Origin: Octopus vulgaris
Taxonomy: Eukaryota
Length of the DNA stretch: 64,000 nucleotides
NCBI GenBank assembly: GCA_951406725.2
Contig: OX597814.1
Span: 150,288,001-150,352,000 of the forward strand
Direction: 5' to 3'
A program made the translations under genes and the position numbers. The notes beneath the pieces are model-generated. The model was not told the DNA's origin. It ran no database searches and saw nothing but the letters and a program-made list of their open reading frames with translations. Of this stretch, positions 11,250-25,709 are shown one piece after another; the first letter of the stretch is position 1; each line of letters opens with the position of its first letter.

Positions 11250-12869
11250 AATACAGATGTGTGAAACTGAAAAATTATTTTACAGTGAATGTTATGTTGC
11301 AGACAGATAGAGCAAAGATTTCAGGTAGGAGTAACTGATGAGGTTATATGTCTATTGTTTAGCTAAAAATCCTTCCGTGTGACATAGCTTATCAATGAAT
11401 TTATTTCTGTTCAGTACATCACAATCTACATTGAACCCTTGCTTCATATGTTACACTGATTAGCAGACAAGTTACACTAATATTAGAGAAGCAGAAGGTG
11501 ACGAGCTTGTAGAATCGTTAACACGCCGAAGAAAATGCTTAGTAGCATTTCTCCTGTTGTGAGTTAAAAGTTCGTGGAAGTCGACATTATCTTTCACAGT
11601 TTCGGGGTTGCTAAAATAAGTGCTAGTCCTCTCTCCACTACAAAAATAAATTCAAACCTTGTGCATATCGCAGAAAGAATGTTAGAGAGACCAAGAGAGA
11701 GTGAGAGAGAAAAAATTAAGGTTGAAAAGCCGAATCGACAGAGCGCCGGACAATGTATCTTGCAGTATTTAGTTGCTCTGCTCTACATTCTGAGTTTAAA
11801 TCCATCGAATTCAGTTTTGCTTTTCATGTCTTCAGAATCAGTAAAATAAAGCGCTAATTAAGGTCTAGAGTCGTTGTAATCGACAGAACCCCTCACTCAG
11901 AAGCACCGATCTTATTCCTACAATAAGGGAGAGAGAGAGAAAGAGAGAGAGAAAGAGAGAGAAAGAGAGTGGGGCGGGGTAGAGAAATAGGAATAAAGAG
12001 ATGGAGAGAGAGAGACTTGCGGTTGATAGAGTTACAAAGAGCATGCCAGTATCTAACAATATTTCGTTAGAAACCGAAATCTTATTAAAACCATCTTTAC
12101 TTTATATACTTATAGGATCGATATAATAACTTACCACTCAGGTACTGGAGTCGATTTAATCGCCTATAAAACACCAGGAAGATCTTTTGTAGAGCGAACT
12201 GTTTACCGAGTTCAAATCCGGCTGAAGTCAGTTTTATTTTATATCTTTTGGGGGCCAATATAATTACGTGGTGGTGAAGTACTGGAGATGATTTTAATCA
12301 ACTATATCCTACCTCAAAAATCTCTCACGCCTCAACTTTTTCCATGAGAACACTATGCGGAGAGTGAACATACACTAAATAATATTTACTGATTTGGGGA
12401 AACTAGTCTTTTGTGAACACACTCATTTAATTTTGTGTTTACTTTTTACTCCATGCTTGTGTACTCACAGTATGGCATACTTGTGTACTAATAGTATGGA
12501 GTGAAAAGCATGTCTTGTTAATGTATGGCAATGACTGACTATGACAGAAATCAATATTTACATCTATATTAAGGTGGTCAGCTGGCAGAAGAATCTGTAC
12601 TGGCTTAGGGGCATTTCGCCCGACTTTACATTCTGACTTCATATGCCACTAGGATCGACTTTGCTATTCATCGTTTCGGGGTCAATAAAATAAGTACCAG
12701 TTGAGTACTAGGATCGATGGAATCGATTTACCCCTCCTCCTAAATTGTTAGCCTTGTGCAAATATTTGAAACCATTATCTATATATGCACTAAGGCAGTA
12801 AGCTGGATGAATCGTTAGCATGCCGGACAAAATACTTAGTGGTATTTTGTCCATCATTACATGCTGAGT

Positions 12870-13205
12870 AGTGAAGACACATGGATCAGTGGTTAGTGCG
12901 TCGAACTCACGACCGTGAGGTTGTGAGTTCAAATTCCGGACCGGGCTGCGTGTTGTGTTCTTGAGCAAGACACTTTATTTCACGTTGCTCCAGTTTACTC
13001 AGCTGTAGAAATGAGTTGTGATGTCACTGGCGTCAAGCTATATCGGCCTTTGCCCTTCCTTTGGATAACATCTGTGGCATGGAGAGGGGAGGCTGGTATG
13101 CGTGGGCGACTGCTGGTCTTCCAAAAACAAACTTGCCTGGACTTGTGCCTCGGAGGGTAACTTTCTAGGTCCAATCCCATGGTCATTCGTGACCGAAGGG
13201 GGTTT
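12870..13205 (+). mobile_element. tRNA-derived SINE (family C) nested in a family B SINE; another copy at ~36200-36492 and a related head at ~35965-36110 (-)
   Basis: A/B-box-like TGGATCAGTGG...GAGTTCAAATTCC. It is colinear with 36200-36492 and has a decayed TSD ACATGCTGAGT / ACATTCTAAGT. Confidence 0.75.
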
Positions 13206-15382
13206 TCGACACCGACATTCTAAGTTCAAATTTCACCGAGGTTGACTTTACCTTTCATTCTTTCGAGGTCGATAAAATGAAATTCAGTTGATCACTGGAG
13301 TCGAAGTAATCGACTTACTCCTCCCACTAAATTGCTGACCTTGTGCCAAAATTTGAAACCAATATAATGAAGTACATCGCTCTGCTATTCAAAGACGGAT
13401 TGTCTACGTTCAAATCTGCAGATTATTTGGCTCCCATTGAAAGTTTTAATTCACTTTGAGGACAATTAATTGACATAGAATGTCTCAAACAAGTATTCAA
13501 TCAATGTTACGGTGTTCTTTTGTCATACAATTAAGATCAGGTTATAGATTAGAGTAGAGTGTTTTATTTATAAACGAATCATTAAAAACCATTTAAGGTG
13601 AAGTTAACTCTATGGTTAACCAGCAAAAAGTCAGTCTATTTTTTCCTTCCACTAAAACTCTCATCTATGATAAAAGGAAACAAATCTTGAAACATTGGAC
13701 ATGTAATCTTTATTAAGAAGATAACGTTACCCAGTATAGTCTTAACAGTGTAACGGGATAGTCAAATAGCGGGGTTCTTGTAATTGACTGTTCTCTCACT
13801 TTAAAATTCCTGGCCTTGAATCCATATAAAAAAATATTATTTTGTCTATATTAGATTTACCTTGGTTTTCACTTCCAGTCGTCATCATGTATCTTACTTT
13901 TGGACATGTACAAAGTACTAAACCGTATTCGAACAAGGAACATTCATTTCTAAACTAAATGTTGTAATAGGCGTTCTTGTATCAACGTATAACAGATTAG
14001 GAACGTTTAGGAAAATGGCAAAACTCAAACAAAACATGCAACAATAACAACAACAACAACAACAACAAAAAATTTGAATAATCCAGTCAAAAATGTTGAA
14101 CATGAAAACTGACTATCCGGTTAAGAAGCAATATTATTGATTAAAGCATATGACAAATCGATTGGCATTTGTGGTGGTAAGACTAACCTGTTGACGAATC
14201 GACAATATTTAATGCAGTTAAATGCAGTTGTTCAACCTAAAAGCTCATGCTTTTTATAGGAAGAGATTATTGAAGATATCGAAAAAGATTATCAATGACA
14301 TGCGTAAATTCGTCAGATATAAAAGATGTAGTGTGCAGTAAATGTATTATTGCTAGAGTTTAAAATTCCAGTATGATAAATTTCAGATTTCGTGTTTATG
14401 TGTTCCATAATGCGTTTTGATTGACCTATTTACAGATGGTCTTTTGATGTACAGTTCTTTTAACTGTACGTTTACCCATAAATACATGCACATGCACATA
14501 CTCACACTCACATATTTATACTAAAAATGCACTTAAACATTCATGCCTCAATATTAACACGCAATTATTATGCATTCGTGTGCATAGATATGCATACATG
14601 CACAAATGTGTACCGTCAACAATCATACAAGCGAATAGATACAGCTAAATAGCCATACACATAAATATCCTGCCTGTATTTGGAATATGATTCCTTATAA
14701 CAAACTTGGAGTTTTTACGTTCTTAACCACTATATATAGTTCTCCTAAAATTGTGTAAGAGATAATAATAAAAAAGTTAAGGAAAAAAATTGTTTCAAGT
14801 TTTGGCACGCGTACATCAATTTTAACGGAAAGAGGAATCGATTACATCACCCCAGTACTTGGTTGATACTTTATTTTACCGACTCTGAAAAGATGAAAGA
14901 TAAAGCTGATCTCAGCAGGATTTGAATGCAGAACGTTTAGAATCGAAATAATGCCACAAGGCAATTTGTCCGACGTTCTAACGACTCCACCTGCTCGTAG
15001 CTTTAATAATGGCTTCAAATTTTGGCACAAGGCAAGCAAATACGGTGGAGGGGTCAAGTTGATTACATCGACATGTGTGTTCAATTGATACTTATTTTAT
15101 CGACCCCAAAAGGATGAAAAGCAAAGTCGATCTCAACGGAATTTGAACTCAGAACGTGTAGATGGACGAAACGCTACTAAACATTTTTGTCAGATGTGCT
15201 AACGATTTTGCCAGCTCACCGCCTTTCCGTAGTTTTAATAATCCTTTCTACTATAGGTACCAGGCCTGAAATTTGGGGAGAGGATCCAGTCGATTAGATC
15301 GACTCCAGTACGCAGCTGGTACTAATTTTATAGACCTGAAAGGATAAAAAGAAAAGTTGACCTCGGCGGAATTTGAACTCAG

Positions 15383-16020
15383 GGCATCATCCTTGAAAGG
15401 AAGGGTGGAGGTGACCAATGTGTTTCTCGCATCGGTCATCATTTACCTCCTAGCCATCGCTCCTTGTTCAGATTCGTGGTTGAGCAAGATGGAGAGGCAA
15501 ATCTTTCACTTTTTGTGGAAGGGTTCCGTTTCACTTGTAAGACGTTCTATTTGCTGTCAAAAACCGTTAAAAGGTGGGTTAGGGATGCCTTGGCTGCTAA
15601 TGCGCAAGCATGCGCTGATATTGAGGCATCTTTGACTCTACCCGGATGGTGAACGGGTGTGGTCTCCGCTCGCTAAACAGATGTTCCGTAGCTTTACCAG
15701 TTTTGGTGGTAGAGAAACCTGGTTTCGTCGCAAATCGAGGTTGAGCATGTAGTATATGGAGTGCAGTAAGGCTTTCCTCCAGTTCCGCAGCTCGGGCAAT
15801 GCCGGTGGTTTTGGTACCAACGCAGCTTTCTATAGTATTTTGGTAGAGGCTGGAAATGTCGATGCCCTGGAAAGGACCATAGGTCTCGATAGTAATCAGT
15901 TAGACACCCTGTTCCAAAGGACATTCGGGCTGAGGACACTGGATGACTTCCAGAAATCCTTGGCCTAGCAATGTTACAGAGGAGCCTTGCCCGTTCGGGA
16001 TAAGCTCACAAGACATGGTC
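15383..16020 (+). pseudogene. L1/Tx1-like non-LTR retrotransposon ORF2 C-terminal fragment
   Basis: SLKGRVEVTNVFLASVIIY...FHFLWKG...VRRSICCQKPLKGGLGMP, followed by a YRGALPVRDKL-like segment. Confidence 0.75.
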
Positions 16021-16144
16021 ACCACTGCTATCTCTAGTGAACAGGTATCTACCACCGAGGATTAATACAAAGAGCTCAAACCGAACGGTCTACTGGTCCT
16101 GTCACTGGAAGGCGGTAGGAGTTTGCTGCTTCCCTGCTTGCAAT

Positions 16145-17428
16145 ATGCAGGGTACGGTGAATATATTCTAGTCTAAATTACGCAAACATGAAATAACATT
16201 GACATCTCATTTTAAGAGATATTATATTTAACAAAAACACATAAAAATATCTTGAAATATTAAAGAGTAAATTTATTCAATAAAATCGTCATTGACGTCA
16301 ACCATGACTTCCAGACGACTTCGGCATCTCCTGCAACTCTTCTGGACGGTCTCCTTGTTTAAGTCGGTGAATGCTGCCATAATCCTTGCCTTCAGTTCAT
16401 CTTTGGTGTTACAAGGAGTTTTGATGGTTCCTCGCTCAACTGCGCCCCCCACACAATAATCGAGGGGGCTTACACTCTGGCGAGTCAGGTGGCCAGATGT
16501 TAGGAGTAATGTGGTTGCAGAAATTGTCTGACAACCATGACTGAGTTCTCCTGCTTGTGTGGCATGCTGCAGAATCCTGTTGCAAGACATATGCTCTTTC
16601 AGTAGCCACTCTCTTGACCCAGTGAACCACTACCTCTTCCAGAAACATGATATAAGCCTCCGTGTTAAGTGTGAGGCCGTGTGGAAAGATGAATGGGGGC
16701 ATAAGATACGCCATCCCTCGTCATCACACCGAACACCATGATGCTGATTGGATGTTTGATTTTTATCACTGTCGGTACATACAGGCCAATGTTTGTTCTG
16801 TGAGTTCCGCATCTGATCCTGGCAGAAAATTTCTTGTCTGAGAAAAACGAAAGCATGATCGGTTGGAGGAAATGCTTAAGTTTGTTCAAAAGCTTCATAG
16901 CGCGGTCTATCCTCTTGTCCTTGATGGCTTGGGATAAAAGTTGGCCCTTCCTCACCTTGTATGAGGCATACCAAATGTCTTCATACACAACCTGACTGAT
17001 AACAAACTCAGACCTTCCTATGTCTCTGGTGATGGACCTGATTGACTTGGAGGGAATGTTGTCAATCATACCCTGGATCTCACCAACAAATTCAGTTCTT
17101 TTCTTATCATAATGAGTTTTCCGGGCTACCGTACCTGCGTAATCACTATTAGACCCATCCAACTCTTTCCTAATCCTCTACACTGTCCTCAGTTTGACAC
17201 CCAATCACTCTAAACTGATCGTATTGGAATATGGCGCGAATGCCAAGCAGTTCAGCATGTCGTTTACCTATTCCTGGTAGAGTGAATTGCATCATAGTGC
17301 TGTTTTTCTCACAGGTGGTTCCCAACTGACCTAACTATACTGTGTAGTCAACAAAATCAAAAACAAACAATGCTCATGCACGAAATCAAAAATATAAAAT
17401 GGCGACAATTTACCCATCGCATCCTGTA
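16145..17428 (-). mobile_element. Degenerate Tc1/mariner-superfamily DD37D (maT-like) transposon
   Basis: Frameshifted transposase with FFSDK, IMVFGV and QQDSAACH...IWPPDSPECKP/LDY. About 37 residues separate the second and third Asp. The terminus is AAAATGGCGACAATTTACCCATCGCATCCTGTA. Confidence 0.85.
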
Positions 17429-17761
17429 TATCGAGTACAGATTGCATCGAATAACCGGCTGAAGGAGGCGTCATCCCGTAGAAAAAGTCGTAGTAACTTC
17501 AGTTCGCACAGAACAGCCAATATAACAGTGTCGATAAACATTACTTCTCCGTATAGTTACTACTTGCATCTCTTAGAGAAATTATACATACCATACCGTA
17601 CCATACCATACCATACCATACCATACCATACCATACCATACCATACCATACCATAACATAACATAACATAATATACCATACCATACCATACCATACCATA
17701 ACATACCATATCTACCTACCTACCTACCTACATACATACATACATACATACATACATACAA

Positions 17762-18169
<408 letters not shown>

Positions 18170-18537
18170 ATATTGATAAACTACATTTACCAACATTATG
18201 ATAGATTTCAGAGCCTCTAGGAACAGCTGTATCACTTTTAATACCTTACCTTCTCTCTTTAATTTTCTTTGTTGTATTTTGTACAGTGTAAGTTTGCTCT
18301 ATTAATATATCAAAATCTCTCTTAAATATTCATCGTTTGAAAATCACCAGTCTTTGATTTCTTTCTGCCCACATGTATACATGTATATATACCTTTTGTG
18401 TATCAAATATATGCTATTCTATTTAATTTATCAGCACAATTGCCTCCCCCATCTCACTGTCTCTCTCCCTCTCTCTATATATATGTGTGTGCACGCAAAT
18501 GTGTTTGAAGTATGCTCGTGACATGCTAATATTCAGC

Positions 18538-18622
<85 letters not shown>

Positions 18623-19239
18623 GACATGAACATATGCTTTCAGTGTATAACTGTGTATCTTTCTGTAGAAGCAAATAAATATAAAATGAAAGATATACAT
18701 GTGTATAATTCTAAAGCTATATGCTGGTGCGCGTATGTATTTATATACATATAGTTATTCAGCTATAGTTTTACTAGGTATATGAATTGATATGCGCAAA
18801 TGTAGGATATCTATATCGAGGTGTATATATACATTCATGTACAGGTCCGTCCATTTATGTATGTACATGTATTGAAGTATTTTTAGTGCACTGCTGTACT
18901 TGTGTCTACAAGCTTCTACTGAGAGTTTAGTTGCAGCTAAACTACTATTTATATGTGTACGTCAGCGTGGCATCTAGTTTGTGATTGTGTTGTGGTGTAT
19001 CGCAATTCTTGCTAGTGGCCTACTAATTAGTGTACCTGATTACAGGTTAAACTACCGTTAATAATCTTTAATTTTATATCATAGAATTTAATTATAGTTT
19101 GAACTCAAATATTTTAGCATGAACTTAGGCTAATATAAAAATATCCAAAAATTTCATCGCTGATTATATTCGTAAGACACCATAGAGTTTAGAAGTAAAA
19201 CGTAAGTATTATATTATCCATAGCTTTCAACTATGAAGC

Positions 19240-19835
19240 ACCTAGCTTGATAGCGACTGGCTGCATATCGGCTTTTCCCGGAGACTTGGTCTCCAGATCC
19301 GTGAGCTTCTTGAATGCAGCTGCGGATCCATTGCCGATTCTTTCAGTCTCTACCCACTGTCAAGCCGTCATAGTGTTGGCCGCCTCCCATGTCATGCCGC
19401 CCATAAGAAGATCATAAAGCATAGCCTATACACCGCAGAATTCCCGTCCCAGCTCAAACCCTAGGGAATGGTGAAAGGCCTGGTGTTATGACAATTTTCC
19501 CGTCCTTTGGCGGTAGGCCTCTCATCTGAGATGCCACATGCTGTGACACCTTATCGAGTGGCATCTTGGTGTGTTCAGCTACCTGCCCAGGATCCCCTGC
19601 TCATCAGGCTAAGAAAAACAAACTGTCAAAGTATCGGTCACGCTCTGACATGTTTATGGTCGAGCCCGTAACAATGGACACCACCTGCGCTCTCGGCCCC
19701 TAGACTATATCCCTGCTCATGGTATCGAGACGGAGATGGTTATCCGCAAATGCGAGTTCCGTGAACCAAAGAGACTATTCCAGCGCATCTCACGTCATCC
19801 TTCGAGGCAAAGCCTTTACTATTTTGTGTGCTGAG
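19240..19835 (+). pseudogene. CRE-like non-LTR retrotransposon 3' fragment (zinc knuckle plus restriction-like endonuclease)
   Basis: Manual translation gives CSCGSIAD...GRLPCH, GERPGVMTIFPSFGGRPLI*DATCCDT, KKTxxKY and LFQRIS, matching the RPD..WD.T and K..KY RLE motifs. Confidence 0.7.
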
Positions 19836-20208
19836 ACATAAGGCAGTCCGAATTAAGGGAAATTGAGAGAATGTAAGAATTTTGTAGCTTTTCATTCAGT
19901 GGGTAGGGTGTTCTCTATAAAGCCACAGTTCTCAACTCATTCTTACTGATAGTTTTCCTGGCCATAACTACATTAAATATGTTAATAGTAGCTTAACTAC
20001 TGTTTTTCGTATAATCAGGCTATTCTAATACAATTTGGGTAGGTTGGAAACGACAAAGCAACATAAAATCAAGGTAGGAGCCCTTTCGTGTCAAAACATA
20101 CTATCTTTTCACTTTTCCTCTACCAACTGTTTGGTGTTGCACGATTTCCTAACACTCCAGACAAACCACACACACACACACACACACACACATTTATGTC
20201 TGGCTGTC

Positions 20209-20240
<32 letters not shown>

Positions 20241-20638
20241 TGTATGTATGTATGTATGTATGTATGTATGTATGTATGTATGTATGTATGTATGTATGTA
20301 TGTATGTATGTATGTATGTATGTATAGCTATATGTGCACACACACAAGAATATGTGCGTGAGTGTGTGAGCTTGCATACATATGTATTTATACTGATACA
20401 GACATACATCCCATACACACCTAAACGCACACTTATCTATAGCCACTTATACACACGTACGCATACACACAAGGCCAAACACATATACAGAAACACATAT
20501 GTATATATATATATATATATATATGTTTACATACATATATATGAGTCTGTTTGTATGTATGTATGTATGTATGTATGTATGTATGTATGTATGCGTGTGT
20601 GTATACACACACACACGCACACACACACACACGCACAC

Positions 20639-20688
<50 letters not shown>

Positions 20689-20960
20689 ACACACATATAT
20701 ATATAGCAAATTATTTGTGCGTCACGGGAAGAAAATATATTCATGACTTTATTTTCGTTCAGTCTCAGACTGAGAAGCTTTACGAAAGCTCAGCACTTAT
20801 ATCATTGATCTTTGTGCATGCAACAATGGTCAAATGGAAGTTTCTCAGAAAATATTTCAGAAAATTTTGTTTTCAATCTTATTACTTTAACTGTTATAGA
20901 AGTGTGAAACACACGCAACAACAACACACACACACATGTATATTTATCTATTTATAGATT

Positions 20961-21006
<46 letters not shown>

Positions 21007-21009
<3 letters not shown>

Positions 21010-21252
21010 GAAGGTTTGGAGATGATGTACAGGTATTATATATTAGAAAAATTGAGGTAATCAGATCAGATGGTTCATATTTGTAGATATTTATTTATAT
21101 ATTACATTTTTTACATATATATCATATCATTTGGATTAGCGCTTGCTCCCATTCTAGTGGGTTTTCAAATCAAATCAGTTGTGGGTAGTTTGAACCTTTT
21201 TATAGTTTCGTAGTAGTGGGTGAGGAGGAAGTGAGACAGAGAGAAAATATGT

Positions 21253-21324
<72 letters not shown>

Positions 21325-22210
21325 ATTTATATCTGAGAGTGAAGAAGTGTTATTTCCGTTGGTCTGCTGGACCCCCTGTGGTTTTATAAGAACTTTGGCT
21401 GTCCATTTCAATGTCACTGAGTGTGTGTTGTGCATAGGTTGGCCTGGCAAATGTCATTTGGGGTCACACTTTCTATGATCATTCTGTGGAGGTGTGTGTG
21501 TGTGTGTGTCTCTGTGTGTCTGTGTGTGTTTTTGTGTGCGTGTGTGTGTGTGTGTGTGTGTATGTGTGTGTGTGTGTGTCTGTGTGTTTGGAGAAGGGGA
21601 GAGAGACAAAAAGAGAAAAGGGAAAATAAAAATAATAATAATAAAAATAAAAAATTAAAGTGTGTATATATATGTGTTGGTATAAATATCAACACACAAA
21701 AATATTTTTTCTTCTCCACTTCCTCCCTTATTTTTATATTTATTTTTATTTTTATTTTTTTATTTTTTATTCTTTATATATTTTTATTTATTCTTTATAT
21801 TTTTTTATTTTATTTTTTATTTTTTATTTTTTGTTTTTATTTTATTTTATTTATTTTTTTTATTTTTTAATTTTTTATTTTTATTATTATTATTTTTATT
21901 TTCCCTTTTCTCTTTTTGTCTCTCTCCCCTTCTCCAAACACACAGACACACACACACACACATACACACACACACACACACACACGCACACAAAAACACA
22001 CACAGACACACAGAGACACACACACACACACACCTCCACAGAATGATCATAGAAAGTGTGACCCCAAATGACATTTGCCAGGCCAACCTATGCACAACAC
22101 ACACTCAGTGACATTGAAATGGACAGCCAAAGTTCTTATAAAACCACAGGGGGTCCAGCAGACCAACGGAAATAACGCTTCTTCACTCTCAGATATAAAT
22201 GCGCACACAC

Positions 22211-22262
<52 letters not shown>

Positions 22263-22471
22263 CATACACACATATTTTCTCTCTGTCTCACTTCCTCCTC
22301 ACCCACTACTACGAAACTATAAAAAGGTTCAAACTACCCACAACTGATTTGATTTGAAAACCCACTAGAATGGGAGCAAGCGCTAATCCAAATGATATGA
22401 TATATATGTAAAAAATGTAATATATAAATAAATATCTACAAATATGAACCATCTGATCTGATTACCTCAAT

Positions 22472-22482
<11 letters not shown>
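21007..22482. mobile_element. Foldback element: tail ~21007-21037, inverted arms ~21038-21658 and ~21867-22482, T-rich spacer; degenerate hammerhead-like motif at 22351-22388 (+) and 21134-21171 (-)
   Basis: The arms are near-identical reverse complements (mirror ORFs in the track), flanked by (TA)n. The motif is GAT-TTGAAAA-CCCA/CTAGAA/TGGG-AGCA-AGCGCT-A-ATC. Confidence 0.75.
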
Positions 22483-22529
<47 letters not shown>

Positions 22530-22943
22530 TATGTATGTATATAGATACATATATATACGTATGTATGTATGTATATATATGTATATGTATTTTTTTTATT
22601 CTTTTACTTTTCTCAGCCATGCAGCTGCAGTTATGCTGGATCACAACCGTGGTCTTTTTGATTTCTTTAGTCTGGGGTATTTCAGATTATCACTCCTGTA
22701 TGTGCCTTTGTCCCAGCATTTGGTGTATAAGGGAGTTTGATTCTGCTACCTTCGTCTGCATCTCATGTCAGGCTGTTTGTTCATCCGGTAGTGTGGAGAG
22801 GAGGATGTCTAGTTCCTTTTGAAGACATCTACTTCCACCTTATGCAAATTTCTTAATTTTTGTGGCAAGGCATTGAAGAACTGTGAGCCTATGAACTCTA
22901 GATTATTGCAGTACCAGGTCCTGAATTTATCAGGAAGATAATT

Positions 22944-24238
22944 TACCAGGCCATCCTATAAGTTCTGTCCGAATTTTGAATAAATAAAACAAGTGATCAA
23001 ATGTTATATTTAATTGAAATTTAATCCTCAATGCACTCTCCCTGATTATCTAGAACTTCCTTCCATCTATTTACATGCTTTTTAGCCCAATCAATGTAAA
23101 ACTCTTTTGATTTCAAAGCGAAGAACTCTGAAATATCAGTTTCGACCTCCCCCTGGCTTGCGAAAGTTATATCCCCCAATGGTTCTGTAAACTACGAAAC
23201 AAATGGTAGTCTTAAGGTAGTCAAATGGTAGTCTTAAGCAAGGTCGGAAGAATAAGGTGGATGAGGAATTTTTTCCCAACCAAGCTCTTCGATCTTCTGT
23301 GATGTGATCTTTGCGGTGTGGGGTCGCGCATTGTCCTGATGAAACATCTCTCCTTTTCGATTCACTAAAGCGGGTCTTTTTTCTTCAAAGCTTGGTTTAA
23401 ACGCTCTAATTGCTGACAGTAGACTTGAGCATTAATTGTTGCATTAAGTGGAAAGAATTCATAGTGAATTACTCCTTTGCAATACCCCCAGATAGAGGGA
23501 AGAACCTTTTACCCATGAAGTTCTGTTTTTGGTTGTGGTTGAGCTTTTTCCCTTTTACCACGTTTAACATTTCGATAGAAGATACATTATTTATCACCTG
23601 TCACAAGTCTATCCAAAAAATGAAATGATTTCGCGAGAATAGAGAGAAGAGCAGATGTCAACTCGGGATTTGCGGTTGCTTTCGGACAATTCATGAGGCA
23701 CCCATTTTTCAAGTTTAGGAACCTTTCCAAGTTGTTGAAGATGACGATGAACTGTTGTATGGTTTGAACTAAGCTTTATTGTCAATTCTTCAACTGATAA
23801 TGCAGGATTTTCTTCAAGTAATGCCTCAAGGAGCATATGATCAAACTCAACTGGACGTCCTGTTCGATCTTCATCTTCAAGCCTGAAATCTTCACTTTTG
23901 AATTTTGCAAAACATCTTCTGTAAGTTCTTTCATTCAAGCATTCTTTCCCATAAACTGAGTGTGTTTCGAGTCGCTTCGGCTGCAGAGTTTCCTTTTTGT
24001 ACTCATAAAGCATTATATGCCTCAAAATGCTCTTTGGATACTTCCATGTTAGAAAGGGTTTTAATCAAAGAGATTTTAATTCTATTATTCTGTAAAATAA
24101 TGTTTAATTAGTTCAAATGTACGCAAATGCATAAAAATAATTTTTATTTCTGTTAGACATTCTAAAATACTATTAAATTTCGTTCAATTTTAAAAAAAAA
24201 AAGGTAAAATAGGACAGAACTTATGGGATGACCTGATA
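22944..24238 (-). mobile_element. Full-length degenerate mariner (DD34D-type) element
   Basis: TIRs are TACCAGGCCATCCTATAAGTTCTGTCC and GGACAGAACTTATGGGATGACCTGATA. The transposase remnant has an HTH region, WVPHEL and HQDNARPH. Confidence 0.9.
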
Positions 24239-24516
24239 GAGGGAATCGAGGGTACGTTTTGTACAATACATTGACGACTAGTTCTGGCATTTGTATGACA
24301 CTCATGCTGAAATCAGGTTTTAGCCCTTCTAGAGTTTTCCATATACTCTTTTACTCTCTTTTACTTGTTTCAGTCATTTGACTGCGGCCATGCTAGAGCA
24401 TCGCCTTTAATCGAGCAACTCGACTCCGAGACTTATTCTTTTGTAAGCCGAGTACTTATTCTATCGGTCTCTTTTGCTGAACCGCTAAGTAACGTGGATA
24501 TAAACACATCAGAGAG

Positions 24517-24519
<3 letters not shown>

Positions 24520-24562
<43 letters not shown>

Positions 24563-25183
24563 CTGTATAGTATATTTGTATATATATATATACTTATATA
24601 TGTGTGTGTGTGTGTGTGTTGTGTGTGTGTATCCTCGGCACTCTGTCGCCATGTAGACACTTGATTTGCTAAAGACAGTACCTAAATCCATCTACACCAC
24701 ACCTCCATGTCTTAAAAATAGAAAGGCATTGATTAGTTGTAACTTAGATGTATAAGACAGGTTGGTAGGATGGGAAAAATCGAAATGCCTTTGATTATAT
24801 CATTGGCAAAACCAATGACAACTGAATGTAAAGCAAACGCAAGCAACATTGAAGACGTGCTAATGAATGAACCGCTGCTTGGTCGGTCGGCTAGCAAGAA
24901 ATAGCAGTCAAATCTTGCTCTCAGCTTATCATCTTCTTGGATAGATTTCTTAGCTAATGCAGTAAAGACGTACGTCTGAAAATAAGAAGAGAAATCGCAG
25001 GTGGAATACCAATTACAATTGTCTGTGCCTCTAGAGATTAATTAACAATTGTAACAATGCCATCAAAAGCACAACAGTAACAACGCTAATGATCGAGACA
25101 ATCTGTAATGGTTAATCTACCCGCTAAAAATAACAGCCAACTCTCTTTTAGATCACTCTAATGAAAGAATATCTTTATGTATG

Positions 25184-25248
<65 letters not shown>

Positions 25249-25342
25249 AAACAAGTCAAAAATAGAAAATGCTAAGATAATTTTATAGTGAATCTTTCAG
25301 TACCGGTTTCGGTCATTTTGAGACCTTTTCAACTGTAACGAT

Positions 25343-25406
<64 letters not shown>

Positions 25407-25655
25407 TATAATTAATCTCTGAGTGAGCTATATACCGTAGCTGCACGATATCGTGAAGTATATTTGCCACCTAAATGTGGCTAGCCCTTAAGGGTTGATG
25501 CTACTGTAGCTTGTAGCTCCAGGAAAACATCTCCAGCTGGTTATTGACACACTATGTATGTCCTATCAGTATTTGCAAAGGGAAGAAATCGTTCCCATCT
25601 CCAGCCTGACGGGCTACACACGGACCCGAGTTTCTGTATATATGTATATATGTGT

Positions 25656-25709
<54 letters not shown>

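Noticed and set aside
12870-12945. tRNA gene-like A/B boxes (also in other SINE heads)
   Set aside because: They continue into SINE bodies and do not give a full cloverleaf.
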